Positions 41,755 to 55,635 of a stretch of 64,000 nt of DNA are shown here, piece after piece (the stretch's first letter is position 1; every line of letters starts with the position of its first letter). Source of the stretch: the human T2T-CHM13v2.0 reference genome, Homo sapiens; assembly GCF_009914755.1 (NCBI RefSeq), contig NC_060927.1. The stretch is one strand, 5' to 3'. The notes under the pieces were generated by a model that was not told the origin of the DNA, searched no databases, and saw only the letters and a list, made by a program, of their open reading frames with translations. The position numbers and the translations under genes are program-made.

Positions 41755-41880
41755 TTTCTTCCTTCCTTTCCTTCCTTCCTTCCATCTTTCTTTCCTTTCC
41801 TTTCTTTCTTTCTTTCTTCCTTCCTTCCTTCCTTCCTTCCTTCCTTCCTTCCTTCCTTCCTTCCTTCCTTTCTTCTTTCT
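41755..41880. repeat. (TTCC)n/(TTTC)n polypyrimidine tract (Alu tail-derived)
   Basis: ~125 nt of almost pure C/T next to an antisense Alu 3' end. Confidence 0.95.
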
Positions 41881-42182
<302 letters not shown>

Positions 42183-42589
42183 TAGCAAGTCTAAAAAAAA
42201 TATTTTTCTTCTAAGCATCTACCATCTTTACTGACTTGCTACGTTGACATAACAATGATGCTCCAGAAAAATGCTTCCTAGGGAATTCCACATGGTATAG
42301 CTTGTGGGTTCAAAGGATTAAACTAAAAGGACAATGGCATCTCCTAGCTAGGAGTACAATTTACCAGTACTGAATCCTCTGGCTCCATAGAGCTTCTGCT
42401 TCTTCTTCTTTTCCTTCTTTTCCTCCCTCCCTTTCTCCTTTTCTCCTCTCTCCTTTCCCTACCTGGGACTTTAGAACTGCTTTCTCTCCTTCAACACTAG
42501 AGAGATACTCCAACATGCAAGCTTTGCCACAGACCTAGGTCCTCTTACTTAGGTTTAAAGAGATCTACCTCCTGAACCCTCAATCTGAA

Positions 42590-43070
42590 AATGTAGGGCA
42601 AAAAATATTAACCAAAAGACTTAAAATGTCCACTATTAATAGTAGCCCGAACCTGAAAACATCCCAGTGTTCATCACGGTAGAACGACTAAATTTTAGTA
42701 AAGTCACACAGCAGAATATTATATAGCAATGACAAGGACCAAACTGTGATGTCATGCAAACCCTGGATAAATCCACTGTTAACTAAAGAAGGAAGATGCA
42801 AAAGTGCATCTGGTACTCAACAATGAAGTTAAAAAGTAGCAAAACTAATCTCTGCCATTAGAAGTCAGCCTAGAGAAAGTCAGCATGGTGACAGCCTTTG
42901 TGTCAAGGGGTGGTGTGAGGAGGGTTTCTGGGTACTGATCATGTTGCTTCTTGCTCTGGGTGCTGGTTACAATGTGAATTTTCACTTTGAGAAAATTCAC
43001 CAAGCTGTTCACTTTTGATTTGTGCATTTTTTCATATGTAGGGTATACTTCAATCAAAAGTTCATTTAAA
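42590..43070 (+). mobile_element. Old L1ME 3' UTR fragment
   Basis: ggtgctggttacaatgtg...gaaaattcaccaagctgttcactt...tatacttcaatcaaaag. Confidence 0.7.
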
Positions 43071-43081
43071 AAACAAAACAA

Positions 43082-43468
<387 letters not shown>

Positions 43469-43656
43469 TCATTTCTTCAAAAATTCTCCTTTTTTCACAT
43501 TAGGCTTCTCTCTCATAGGAAGATACGGTCTCATAACAAAATTGCTATACGCTTTAATAACACTTTTCAGGAACTAGAAGAAGAGCTAAAAGATTTGAGT
43601 TTTAGGTTTCATTTAATTTTCTATTAATTTCTGTGAACTATGTATTAAACGCAGAC

Positions 43657-44018
43657 TGCTACTGCTTAACTGAGTGTTTATGTTCCTCCAAAATTCCTGT
43701 TTGGAAATCCTAACTCCCAAGGTGATGGTATTAGGAGGTAGGCTCTTTGGGAGGTGATTAGGTCACAAAGGTGGGGCACTCATGGATGGGATTAGTGCCC
43801 TTATGAAAGAGTCTGGAGTGATCCTCGCCTCTTCAGCCATGAGAGGTTACAGGGAGAAGATAGCTGCCTGTGAGGAAGCTGCTTTCATCAGACACTGAAA
43901 CTGCCTGTGCCTTGACTTTACACTCCCCAGCGTCCAGAGCTATGAGAAATAAATTTCTGTTGTTTATAAGACACCTGCTTTATGGTATATTGTTTTAAAA
44001 GCCTAAATGAGCTAATAT
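43657..44018 (+). mobile_element. MLT1A0-like MaLR solo LTR
   Basis: gaaatcctaactcccaaggtgatggtattaggagg...gggattagtgcccttat...gagaaataaatttctgttgtttataag. Confidence 0.87.
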
Positions 44019-44137
44019 ATTGCAGGAGACCACAGGGAGGGAGTCTGGTGCGTCTACTCCATTTCCTTCCTTCTCCATACGCAGGGGAACTGAGGCCTAG
44101 AGAAATTAAGTGGCTTGCTCAGGGCCACATGTTCTTT

Positions 44138-45116
44138 TTTTTTTTTAATTATACTTTAAGTTCTAGGGTACATGTGCACAACGTGCAGGTTTGTTAGCTA
44201 GGTATACATATGCCATGTTGGTTTGCTGTACCCGTTAACTCATCATTTACATTAGGTATTTCTCCTAATGCTATCCCTCCCCCTCTCCCCACCCCATGAC
44301 AGGCCCCAGTATGTGATGTTCCCCACCCTGTGTCCAAGTGTTCTCATTGTTCAATTCCACCTATGAGTGAGAACATGCAGTGTTTGGTTTTCTGTCCTTG
44401 TGATAGTTTGCTCAGAATGATGGTTTCCAGCTTCATCCATGTCCCTGCAAAGTACATGAACTTATCCTTTTTTATGGCTTGCATAGTATTCCATGGTGTA
44501 TATGTGCCACATTTTCTTAGTCCAGTCTATCACTGTTGGACATTTGGGCTGGTTTCAAGTCTTTGCTATTGTGAATAGTGCCACAATAAACATACATGTA
44601 CCTGTGTCTTTATAGTAACATGATTTATAATCCTTTGGGTATATACCCAGTAATGGGATGGCTGGGTCAAATGGTATTTCTAGTTCTAGATCCTTGAGGA
44701 ATTGCCACCTGTTTTCCACAATGGTTGAACTAGTTTACACTCCCACCAACAGTGTAAAAGCATTCCTATTTCTCCACATCCTCTCCAGCACGTGTTGTTT
44801 CCTGACTTTTTAATGATCGCCATTCTAACCACAGTGGTATCTCACTGTGGTTTTGATTTGCATTTCTCTGATGGCCAGTGATGATGAGCATTTTTTCATG
44901 TGTCTGTTGGCTGCATAAATGTCTTCTTTTGAGAAGTGTCTTATTCATATCCTTTGCCCACTTTTTGATGGGGTTGTTTGTTTTTTTCTTATAAATTTGT
45001 TTAAGTTCTTTGTAGATTCTGGATAATAGCCCATTGTCAGATGGGTAGATTGCAAAAATTTTCTCCCATTTTGTAGGTTGCCTGTTCACTCTGATGGTCA
45101 TTTATTTTGCTGGGGG
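44138..45116 (-). mobile_element. L1PA5/6-like LINE-1, 5'-truncated (~1 kb), inserted in an antisense MIR
   Basis: Poly-T, 3'UTR (reverse complement ggagaaatacctaatgtaaatga), ORF2 end; TSD cacatgttcttt at 44126-44137 and 45117-45128; extra G run at the 5' junction. Confidence 0.95.
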
Positions 45117-45439
45117 CACATGTTCTTTAGTAATAAAATTGCTGTTAAAGAAATACATCTCAAAATGAAAGTGATAACGGCAGTTTGTGTCCCAAAAGGT
45201 CACATGATTTCTCCTATTTAAAAATAAAAATAATGCTGGGAGGGAGAAGGGACTGGGTCAATCATTACATAAATACAGAATTTTAACTTATTTATTCAAT
45301 TTATATAAAAGACAATGCTCTCATTTGGTTATTGTGACCTCTAAACAAATTTCCCTTCTAGGCGGCACTTACAAGACGGTTTCTCCTTGGGACTTGGCCC
45401 CTAAATCTCGATGGTTTGAAACAGCAAAGGTGTATAATT

Positions 45440-45735
45440 GTGCCATTGTCCATCAAGGGCCAGCAGGAGCTTTGCTCCACTGCTTTATGTCTTCTCTCTG
45501 GGACTCAGGCTGAAGAAGCTGCTCTCTAGACCATGGCAGGTTGTCACGGCAGTGGGAAAAGAGAATATGGCCATGTACACACTGGCTTTTAAACCTGCCT
45601 GGAAGTGACACACATCACTTCCATGTACACCTCTCTGTCAGAGCGAGTCCTGTGACCACTCCTAACCTCCTGTAGGCAGAGAGGTGCAATCCTACCATGT
45701 GTATGGAGTATTTTGGAACAGCCCTAATGACAATC
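45440..45735 (-). mobile_element. Old MLT1 (J/K-like) fragment
   Basis: gcctggaagtgacacacatcacttcc...gtgcaatcctaccatgtg. Confidence 0.6.
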
Positions 45736-46300
45736 TCAAGAAGGAACTGAAACTGTCCCCCATGGAGTCCCACATTTCCTCATGAGTTCTATCATTATTC
45801 ACTGTGACCTACACTTTTTAAAAGACATGATGGAACAAAGATTATCTCTGCAGAAAGTAAAGCAGAGACATAAAAGGCAGCATTGGCAGGTGTAAATAAA
45901 GCTCTTTCAACTATAATTGAAAGGATTTTTATGAAAGACACAAAGTGGTTTCATCTGCCTTTCTGCAAATAGCATAGTGGGTTGAATGATCAATATTCCT
46001 TTAAAGTGCCCAGGAACTGTTTCAGTTTTGACCAAAGGCAACTAAATAAATGAATTGTCCTTCTGGGCTTTTATATTGAACCCTTTAAATGAAGGCAGTT
46101 TACATGGCTGCAAACAATACATGTCCCGTGTGGTCACTGTAAGCATTAAATATCAATCAGAAGAGAGTGCTTTTAAATAGGGAGGGAAAAAATCCATTTG
46201 TTGGGGCTATAATCTCTAATGTTAAATTTAAAAAAAAAAGAGTTTGACAGGTAATAATTTGTTTTGCATGACTTTCTCCCTTTATTTTCTCTGCACGCAG

Positions 46301-46393
46301 GTCTAACCATAAAATCATCAATACTGAGAAATTAAAAGGGGAACATGTCAGGCCTCACTCTTTCTGTATTGGCTTTCAAGAGTATTGTCCTTG
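46301..46393 (+). other. Candidate 93-nt internal exon (non-coding/5'UTR or symmetric cassette) of an unidentified gene
   Basis: Acceptor actttctccctttattttctctgcacgcag|G and consensus donor TTG|gtaagt, in repeat-free sequence. Confidence 0.7.
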
Positions 46394-48345
46394 GTAAGTA
46401 GCAAAGAAAAAAAATCAAATTAAGACATACATTTAAATGGTCACTGGTCAAAAAGCAAGCCTGGAATAAAAGTAGCAGTCTATTGAAACATATACACAAC
46501 TTGACTAGTTAGCAAGCACCAGTGCTTGTTCTCACACTTGAAATGATGCCAGGCTCAGATGCTTGCTTTATCATTTGAAATAAGGTTATACAATACATCC
46601 TTCTCCCTCTGTGGTATAAATATTGTTGATACTGTATAGTCATATTATTTGTTAGCTCAAAATCCAAGTGTTTGGGCATCATGGCATAGGATCTTACATA
46701 AAATTATTACAGTTGCATTAAGGAATACGAATTACTTAAATTATGAATTATCTTTCTGTTTACACTTTAATTCTTTAAGCAAAATTTCTAGGTGAAGCTT
46801 TTTTTTTCAGTATGGAATATAAAAGTAAAATTCAGACATGATTCTGGAATATTAAAGTTTCTATGTTAATGGCTTGTAATAATGATATAAATTTTGAGGA
46901 TCATACCAAGGATGTGGGCTCCTGCAATAGGGTCCAGATAGGACAAGCAGTCAGGAGCAGATGGTGGTTTAGTGAGGGTAGGCAAAGGTTGTACCAGGGG
47001 ATGGTGTGAGGAGTGGTGGTGGTCAGTAGGGCAAGGGGAGGAGAAAAAATGTGAGTCAAGGTCTTGGGGGCTGGAGCAGAGGTAGTCCAGATGCATGAAT
47101 TCACTCCAGGAGAAAAATTACTCTGACACCCTCTAAAGGACCTTTATCCTTCCAAAATAAGATTTACTTGCTTGTTATGATCCCCAGTAGGACTTCCCTG
47201 TTAGAGAACCACATCGATTTATGGCACATTTAGTCCTCCTTGAACTGGATGTCAACCTCATTCCCTTAAGAGCTGTCTAGTTAGAGACAAAGTCTTGTCT
47301 TCTGGCCTGACTTGGGCTTCCAATGGAGATCTCTGTGCTTACATTCATTACCTCAGTGTCTGGGCTTGGCACATGTTGGTGCTTGATAAGCATTCATTGA
47401 ATTAAAAATGTGAGCAGGATGGGAAAATGCGGCAAATGATGGTCACATATTCTCTTCTATTCATCTACAACAAATTGTTCATTCTTTGTCCAGCATCAGA
47501 GCCATTTTAGGAACCTGCTTAGCAAATCAGGCACCTTTCAGAATTGCAGAATTTTCATTCTATCCTTGCCGGGATTACTTCCATGTTGTGAGCCTTCCTT
47601 GGCATTTCACCCTTCGCTCTTACATAGAAACTCAAAGTACCTTTGTTAACATTCATTTATGCTACAAGGTAGTTGGATTAAAAATGTCAACACTCCCATG
47701 ACACAGAAAGAAGACCAAAGCTACCAGTAAAATTTCACGTGGAGGAAATATAGAAGTAGATTAGCAACCCCATTAGTACTGTGGTATTGTTGCATTGATC
47801 GTACTATTGAATAGTGAAGAGCGAGGTACCTTATTTTATAAATGCCATAAGCAACATAAAATCACCCATGTACAAATATAAGACCTTTCACATGAATTTG
47901 ATGGTGATTATATGTTGAAACCATAATAACTCTAGATCTCAGTGACTGTACTTATCTTCAAACACTTAGCTAAATCTGGAACAGATGAATATCTGAAGTT
48001 TGAAGCTGTACGCCCCAGGTTATTATTTTTATATCAACAAGAATATAAGAAAATGTACATTAACTTTTAAAAATAGCTTTTAAATATTCTAAGCTTTAGT
48101 GCACTTTTTTTTCCAAAGCCCGCATAAGAGATACCATAATCTAACATTAACATCTTGCATTTTTAACTGTCCTTGTAAATTTATTATAAGAACACTACTT
48201 GGAAAACAGTATTTTCAAAAGGTATTGTATTTACTAAAATAATGCCTTTGCCCCTTTGGTCTCTGAACAGCAGTGCACATCTTTGTATTCTTCTTAACTG
48301 GACTGATAGTAGTAGATACATAAGACAAGTTATAATTTTTGAGAT

Positions 48346-48960
48346 TGTAGCCAAACGCAAGCTCGGCTGATCACTGCTTGTAAAGCCAAATGAACGAGGA
48401 CGAGATGCAGTAAAAGGAAAGTGACTTTATTCCAAAAGCCAGCGGTTGGGGAAATGGCCAGGCTCATTCCTTACAAGAAACATTTCAAACTTTAGGCTGG
48501 GGAGAGGGGCTTAAAAGAGGAACTTGGAGAGGGAGGCATGCGGGCATGGTGCTGGGTGTAAGGTCTGTATGCCTTGTTCTGGTGGCCGTCTTGAGTCATG
48601 GTCCACCTGGAGCGTGTGCTGGTGTCATCTCAGCAGTGGCTGGGCTGTAGACTAATTACCTTGAGATCATCTCTGGAATTTCACAGCTAGCTCTCCATGC
48701 CTGGTTTGTCACAAGATTACCCCTGAAACTTCATTAACAAGCATGTAGTTAGATAAATGTGCATGGTGTAAGAGTGTATGGTGGGAGAGGGAGAGATGTG
48801 AAGTGTTGAAGTACACTTTAAGGCTATATTTTAAGACTAAGAAGGAAAAAAGACGTTTCTGCAATTTACTTCAAGGATACATCTTGAGACTAGGGAGAAA
48901 AGAGAAAAAGGGGAAAAAAAGTTTGAAAAATGTGTTTCGAAGCTAAACTACTCAGTTACA
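48346..48960 (-). mobile_element. ERV1-class solo LTR (615 bp; family not assigned with certainty)
   Basis: TG...CA ends (tgtagc / gttaca); perfect 4-bp TSD agat at 48342-48345 and 48961-48964; AATAAA on the minus strand near 48430. Confidence 0.9.
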
Positions 48961-49041
48961 AGATGAAGACACAGCCCAGCAATGGGACCAAACTAAATTC
49001 CTGTTCATTTCCATTTCAGAATGATTTCTCAGAGGTCTCAA

Positions 49042-49210
49042 CAGTGGTTCTCACGTTGGCTATACATTAGAATAGCCTGTGAAGCTTTTAAAAAATGCTA
49101 ACACACAGACCCCACGGGAAACCATCTATAGTCTTTGGAGGGTGGAACCCAGACATTTGCTTTGTTAAAACTCCCATGTGGTTCTAATGCAGTCTAGGAT
49201 GAGAACCCAC
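49042..49210. mobile_element. MER5B-like hAT MITE
   Basis: cagtggttctcacgttggctatacattagaa...gttctaatgcag...gagaacc. Confidence 0.8.
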
Positions 49211-49699
49211 CAGACTACAACCCACAGCAACTGAGTAGCAGGTGATGTCTCTTAAACAACTAACCTTCTTTATTTAGGAGTTCCAAATATCTGTTAGCCA
49301 GGAAGTAACAGTGTAGTGATGTTTCTCAAACTTCTCATTTTCCTATGACCTTCATAATTTTTGCCACATTTATGTATTGTGTTCTATTCTTTAACATTTT
49401 TTTCTAAATTAACTTATATTGTAAAACTGAAATACAAGTAATAAAAAATAAAATTTCTTTTTACAATTGTGAATAGGAAATTAATATCATTTGCCATCAA
49501 GAGAAAGCAACTGAAAAAACAACAAAAAACCCAAACGCCCCTCCCATTATTAAAATCCACTTGAATTGTCCACTGTTTCTTGCCCAAAGGCATCCAACAA
49601 GAGGCCTACTCTCTTTTTGTTGACAAGACAATGGAGAGATTCTTGTTTTTAACCACCCAACACTCATTCCCCTTGCCAAGGGCCCAAGCCTAAGGCTTC

Positions 49700-50070
49700 A
49701 GGCTACTGTTGGTCATTGAAACTGTCCAGGAAAGGCCATGTGAATTGATTCGTGCTGATGAAACACAAAGAGGAAGTTTTCTGGAACCTTTTGGGAAAAG
49801 AAGGTTTTTTTGTCTTTTGAGAATAGAATGCATCTTTTCCTCTGGATGTTAACTGGGGCCAATGTTGAGTATGAGTGCAAGGCCTGGAGCTGCCACAGCC
49901 AATTGGAAAAGTTACTTCTAGCCCAAGAGTGAGGCCAATATTTTGAAGGCTCCAGAGCCAGTTGAGATGACCAGCCTGAGCACCCCCTCCACCCTCTAGG
50001 CTGTTTCATTTATTTAGGGCATTTTTAGTTGGGTTTTCTGTTGTTAGCAACCAATCACATCCCAATACAG
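49700..50070 (+). mobile_element. Old MLT1 LTR relic
   Basis: 3' end ttttagttgggttttctgttgttagcaaccaatcacatcccaataca. Confidence 0.55.
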
Positions 50071-50489
50071 GGAGAGCAGCAAGCATTCAAAGACATAATA
50101 GCACCTAACAGAGACTTTCTCTTTGACATACTTAGGAGGATGGAAAGAGAACTGGAAAGGAAGTAATATCCTTATTGATTCAAGGTCATTTAATGCCGTG
50201 TCTTTCTATCAAATGAAATCATTTTGTGGGCATACCTCTCCTACTTAGGAAATATTTATCTTAGGTTGGGAGAGGTGATGGCTTCACAGAAACAATGCTG
50301 CAGTAGGCTATGAGGGACTTATGTTTGCTTCTTGGTAACTTTCCTTAACAAGAAACTCCAAAGGCATCTTTGAAAGTGAGGGCTGGGGATGGGGGGAATA
50401 AATTATTCAAACAGTGTCTGTGCCTCTGGAATTAAGCACGAAGCTGTCTGAGCATATTTCATATCCTTTGGAACTCAAACTATGGCCAA

Positions 50490-50635
50490 TGAACTAGTGT
50501 CCATGGCGTCACCTTGGAGCTTATTGAAATGTAGAGTCTCAGGCCCCTGACCTAGACCTACAGAATCAGAATCTGCTTATTAACAAGATGCCCCTTTAAT
50601 TTGTATGCACATTAAATTTTGAGAGGCACTGTTCT
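50490..50635 (+). mobile_element. MER5A1-like hAT MITE
   Basis: ctcaggcccctgacctagacctacagaatcagaatctgc...tgcacattaaattttgagaggcactg. Confidence 0.78.
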
Positions 50636-53040
50636 AGGATGCATGTCACCAGCTGAGTGCTGCTTAGACCATAAACAGCTGTTGTGTGCAGAGCTTGGCC
50701 TCAGAGAGACCTGCTTCAACCCATGAATACTAGCTGTGTGCTCCCAGCCCGAGACTGTCTGCTTTGTTTCCCTTCAGTTTCCTCTACAAATGATAGGTCA
50801 TCTGCACAAAAGAACCAGTTTCCGAGAATTCCTTGGGGTTTACTTAATACTAGTATATCTCAGTCCATCGCGAACATCCTCATCTTGTAGTTGTAGAAGT
50901 CATAGACACTGGGCCAGATGAAAACCTTTGGGCTTCTTTTCTTTGTTATTAAATTTTCTATATCCTATATTCTATATATATAAATTCATTCATTAACTCA
51001 AACACGGATTAAACTTCTTTGTGTCCCATGTAAACCACATCTTTTCAGATATTTTATCAAAGTTATTATGATGATTAGCGATTCCCTGAGATCTTTTATA
51101 TTCAGTACTTTCTGGGCTGCCCTGAAGAAATGTTCAATCAGGAGCTCTCCTGACTCTATGAAGCTTTAGAAATTCATTTTTTCTTAATATTACAGTTAAT
51201 AGTCATGTAAGTTACATACCACTAGCCAGCTAATGGTTAGGTGAATGCAAGCAAAATAAATAAATAAAGACAAAATCAGAGCTCCTTCCCGCTAGCTGGG
51301 TTCTCTGTGCTTCACTTTGTACTTGCTCTTCAGGAACGATCTACATAGGACCTCAGGGACTTTGAATCTAATGTTCTACATCTGTAGAATGGAGATGGTG
51401 GTTCCAAAGGCTCTGAATATGAGGGAAAGTCCCCAGCACTTGCCCAGCATGCAGAGATGCTCAGTGAGGTGAGTGCCTGGCAGTGACGGAAGCAGGGATT
51501 TACGGCATATAAAGGGGAGATGAGGTCAAATCCACTTTCTCACCAAAGGGAAACATATCCTTGACTAATGACAGCAAAGGGAGAATTGGAGGGAAGTAAC
51601 CGAGGTTTAAATGTGGATAGTTTCTGGGAAGGGGCATAGGGCCCACTGCTCTGGGGAAAAGGGGCTTTGTGTCACTTGAGCCCTTGGGTTGGAGTTAGGA
51701 GTGCAAGAAGTTTATGGGGTGAGATAAGTGTCAGGGGAGGGCACCTGTGATAGATAAGAGGGGAAGGTTGAGCAGAGAGAGCCTACAACTGCAATCCAAA
51801 TCTGACTGTCTCTGCGCACTCCTGGGAACTCTGGAGCCAAGAAAGCCTCTTAGAGGAGTTCTGTGTTGGGCAGAAATAGCAACACCTGAGGATCCCCGCT
51901 GTGCTCAATTGTTGGCTGGGCCCTGCCTGGGAAGAGTGTGGCCTCAGCTCAAAAGCTGAGGGAGAACCTGAAGAGACACACAGCTGGGGCCTGTCAGCTA
52001 ATGACATTCTTGCATCTGAATAGCAAGTCACTTTCTTAAAGGGAGAGGCAAGCTATACACCTCCATGGCTGGCACAACCTGAGGGAATGAAAATCCTTCA
52101 GATAAATTTACAAGGATCCTACAGCAGAAGACACCATTCCCTAGCTTCCCAGGAGAAGCCTGGAGGGGAGCAAGCATTGTGGAAAGTCCGTGCACCTGAA
52201 TGTCAGAGTAGCGATAGCTGTGGAGATACTGAAGCAGATGAACCTGTGGCTAGCTTCACAGCATCCTACACTCCCTGGTTGGGTCAAGGGAAACAGCTGA
52301 GAGCTGTGCTCCCAGGAGGGGGACCGCAGTGCAGCTAAGGTCAGCAGGCTAGAGAAGCCTTTAGGCTGGGCCAGGAGAAGGCAGACTGTGTAGACTGGAT
52401 TGCCCATGACTGGCAGAAATGGATGAAACAGGAATGGAGTGATGCCCAAGAACTGGTGGAACTGGGTACAACTCAGGGGGGGTTAGCAAGGCCAGCAGGT
52501 AACTTTGGACCAGATTTGTACCCATCTGAGGGCTTCACCTGGGAAAGCTACAGGGAGGAGCAAGATTCCTAAATTGATGGAGTAATTACCAAGAACAAAC
52601 AGAATTTTAAACCAGAGGGACTAATTTATCTTGAACTGATGAGATTAAGCTTTGTGCTAATGAGGAGAAACAGGGAAGTAGGAGCTAGTTAAATTCAGTT
52701 ACAGAAAGGAAAGAAATTTACAAACTGCATTTCCCAGTTATGTAGCCTATTAAATTTCATCTCTGTTAAACAGAAAATGATATCTTTCGATATAATCATT
52801 TCACTTTTTGGAATCTAGTTTTATAAGTGGAAAAAAACTTTGCAAAAAGATTTATTTCCATAATATTTATAATTGTGAAATGAAATAAATGCCCAGCAAG
52901 AGGGTAAGTGTTAGATAAGTTATAGTACATCCACTTAATGACATATTAGACTACTAACAATGATATTGTCATTAAAATGCAATAGTATATAAGCATTTTT
53001 TAAATTAAATTGGGGGAACAAGCAGAAAGAAATATTGTAC

Positions 53041-53300
53041 ACTGTTTCTCAAACCTTTTGACCACACCACACCCAGGGTAAATGGTTGTTTTTGCATCTT
53101 GACCCAGGACACCCATACATATTTTATTACTGAAACAAAGGTTGCATGAGACAATGCTTGCCTACCCTGGGGACAGTACATTTTAGCATTTTAGATGCTC
53201 TTCCAATTTGTCTTTTTCCATGCTAGTTAGACCCACCACATAGGTTTCATGACCACAGATGGGCCATGACCCCTCATGGATTGAGCATGATCCCAGCGAC
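53041..53300. mobile_element. hAT-Charlie MITE relic
   Basis: ctgtttctcaaaccttttgacc start; gacccaccacataggtttcatgacc...gggccatgaccc. Confidence 0.55.
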
Positions 53301-54256
53301 GGGAAAGAACAATGACAAAAGAGTAACATCTAGAAAACGTGCTTGGAGAGAATCTGCCAAGATATCAACAGGACTGGAACTCTAGGGGATTCATTCACAT
53401 TTTTCCATTTGTCTCTCAGGAACATATATGACTTTGTATAATGGAAATACTATTACCATGCTAATTTTTAAATTGATTCTAAGGCTTCTCTTTTCCAGGC
53501 TAAGTAATCCCAGGTCCTTGTTATCTGATAAATTCACATCTACCCCTGATAAACTTCTGAGATTAGAGGCAGCAGCCGGAGCTGCAGGCAACCTGTGCTC
53601 CTGAGCTACACAGTGCAGCTTTAGCACCTCCTGACTCACTGCCCCCCACGTGGCCACTGCTGAATTATGTGCATTTTAATGAGGAGATTGATGTCACTTT
53701 CCCTTCTTCCTCCCTCTCCAACACAATTTTATTGAGTGCCTGTTATGTTCCAGACACTATTCTAAAAGCTAGGTGTAAGATGAGATTTTAAAAAATGTGT
53801 TTCAGTTTTTTCTACGATGAGTATGTATTTATTTCACAATCAGACAATAAAAATACATGTTGTTTTAAAAGCCTATCTTAAGACGTGGCTCCTGCCTTCA
53901 AGATGCCCGTAACCTAGGAAAGAGGAAGTCACCTAAACAAATATGTCAGTATGAGACTTACTTTCAGTCCCTTACCCACCTCCTACTCTGGCCAGAAAGT
54001 GGCTCCTCAAAATGCCTTTTAATTGATAGGGGCCAAGACGTTGCTCTATTCATTTGCAGGACACCATGAAAATCATCTAACACCTACCTCTGACCCAGCT
54101 CTTACTTTTCTATTTCAATCTACTGTGCAGGAAGAGGGAAGGGGGAGAGAGAGGGGAGGGAAGGGGGAGAAGACAAAGAGGGAAAAAGAGAGATGGAATG
54201 GCATCTAGTCCAGCACTAGATCTAGGACAGATCAGGTCTGTGCCTTGTCCATAGAC

Positions 54257-54534
54257 CAAGCTTGTCCAACCTGCGGCCCACAGGCCACATGGGGCCCAGG
54301 ATGGCTTTGAATGTGGCCCAACACAAATTTATCAACTTTCTTAAAACATTATGAGATCTTTTGAATGCAGCCCAACACAAATTTATAAACTTTCTTAAAG
54401 CATTATAAGGGTTTTTTGTGATTTTATTATTTTTTGTAGCTCATCAGCTATCGTTAGTGTATTTTATGTGTGGTCCAAGACAATTCTACTTCTTCCAATG
54501 TGGCCCAGGAAAGCCAAAAGATTGGACAACCCTG
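54257..54534 (+). mobile_element. MER30 (hAT-Charlie) with an internal 54-bp duplication
   Basis: TIRs caagcttgtccaa and ttggacaaccctg; 8-bp TSD ccatagac / tcatatac. Confidence 0.92.
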
Positions 54535-55269
54535 TCATATACATTTGACTGAAGTTAGTGTTGGGGGCATCCTGAGGTGTTCAGAGCATCTTTTAGCTCT
54601 ACACCTTTCTGGGTTTGAGTGGTACAACACAAGACTGTTTGGTCCATCAGAGTTTATTTCTCTGATTTCCCAAATGTGTCATGGATGGCCTGGCCTGTGA
54701 CCTCCAGGGAAGTGAGAAGCAGGCTCTATATTTGTCTGGCATCAATGCCTGCAGCCAGATCTTTCTGATTATTTTCAGGTTTTCTCAGTTAGTGAATAAC
54801 GTTCTGATGGTAGCTTCTTCAGTACATTAACTTCTAATTCTGGTATTTCCCCAAAGACGTTCAAACAAGTAGGCAGCCAGCCAGCTGGGTAAATCACTAA
54901 AGAAAACTGCATAATACTCATGTCTGTGTGTCAGTGGCTACTGCTCCTGGTGAGTGACTGATTTATCACCATTGGGTTGAAGCAAGTTGTCTATTTGCTT
55001 TCCAATCATGGGTGGCTTGTCAAATTTTAATATAATGCCAGGGGTTAATACAGTCAGTCAAGGGTATTTTAACTCAGCAATTCCTGGACCTCTTGAACTC
55101 ATGTCACCTCTGCTGTAATAAGAAAAATGTCCCCTCACTGTATTTTAATAATCTCTTGAACACAGTTGTGGAGGATTCTGACACTCTTAGCCATACTGGA
55201 CTTCCCAGCTTGTTTTCACTTCAGAATGTGTGTACATTACAGGACATATGGGTTTTTTATTTCGTTTTG

Positions 55270-55635
55270 TGATATTGTTTGGCTGTGTCCCCACCCAAAT
55301 CTCATCTTGAATTGCAGCTGCCATAATTCCCATATGTCACAGGAGGGACCTGTGGGAGGTAATTGAATCATGGTGGGGAGGGGGCTCCCATGCTGTTCTT
55401 GTGACAATGAATAAGTGTCATGAAATCTGATGGTTTTATAGAGGGGAGTTGCCCTACACAAGTTCTCTCTTGCCTGCAGCCATGTAAGACATGCCTTTCT
55501 CCTCCTTTGCCTTCTACCGTGATTGTGAGTCCTCGTCAGCCATGTGGAACTGTGAGTCCATTAAACCTCTTTTTCTTTATAGATTACCCAGTCTCAGGTA
55601 TGTCTTTATTAGCAGTGTGAGAACTGACTAATGCA
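55270..55635 (+). mobile_element. THE1 (C/D-like) MaLR solo LTR
   Basis: tgatattgtttggctgtgtccccacccaaatctcatcttgaattg...tgtctttattagcagtgtgagaactgactaatgca. Confidence 0.93.

Noticed and set aside
53636-53660. CTCF-like GC motif around ccacgtggcc
   Set aside because: Spacing is off by one base from the CTCF core; only a single E-box remains.
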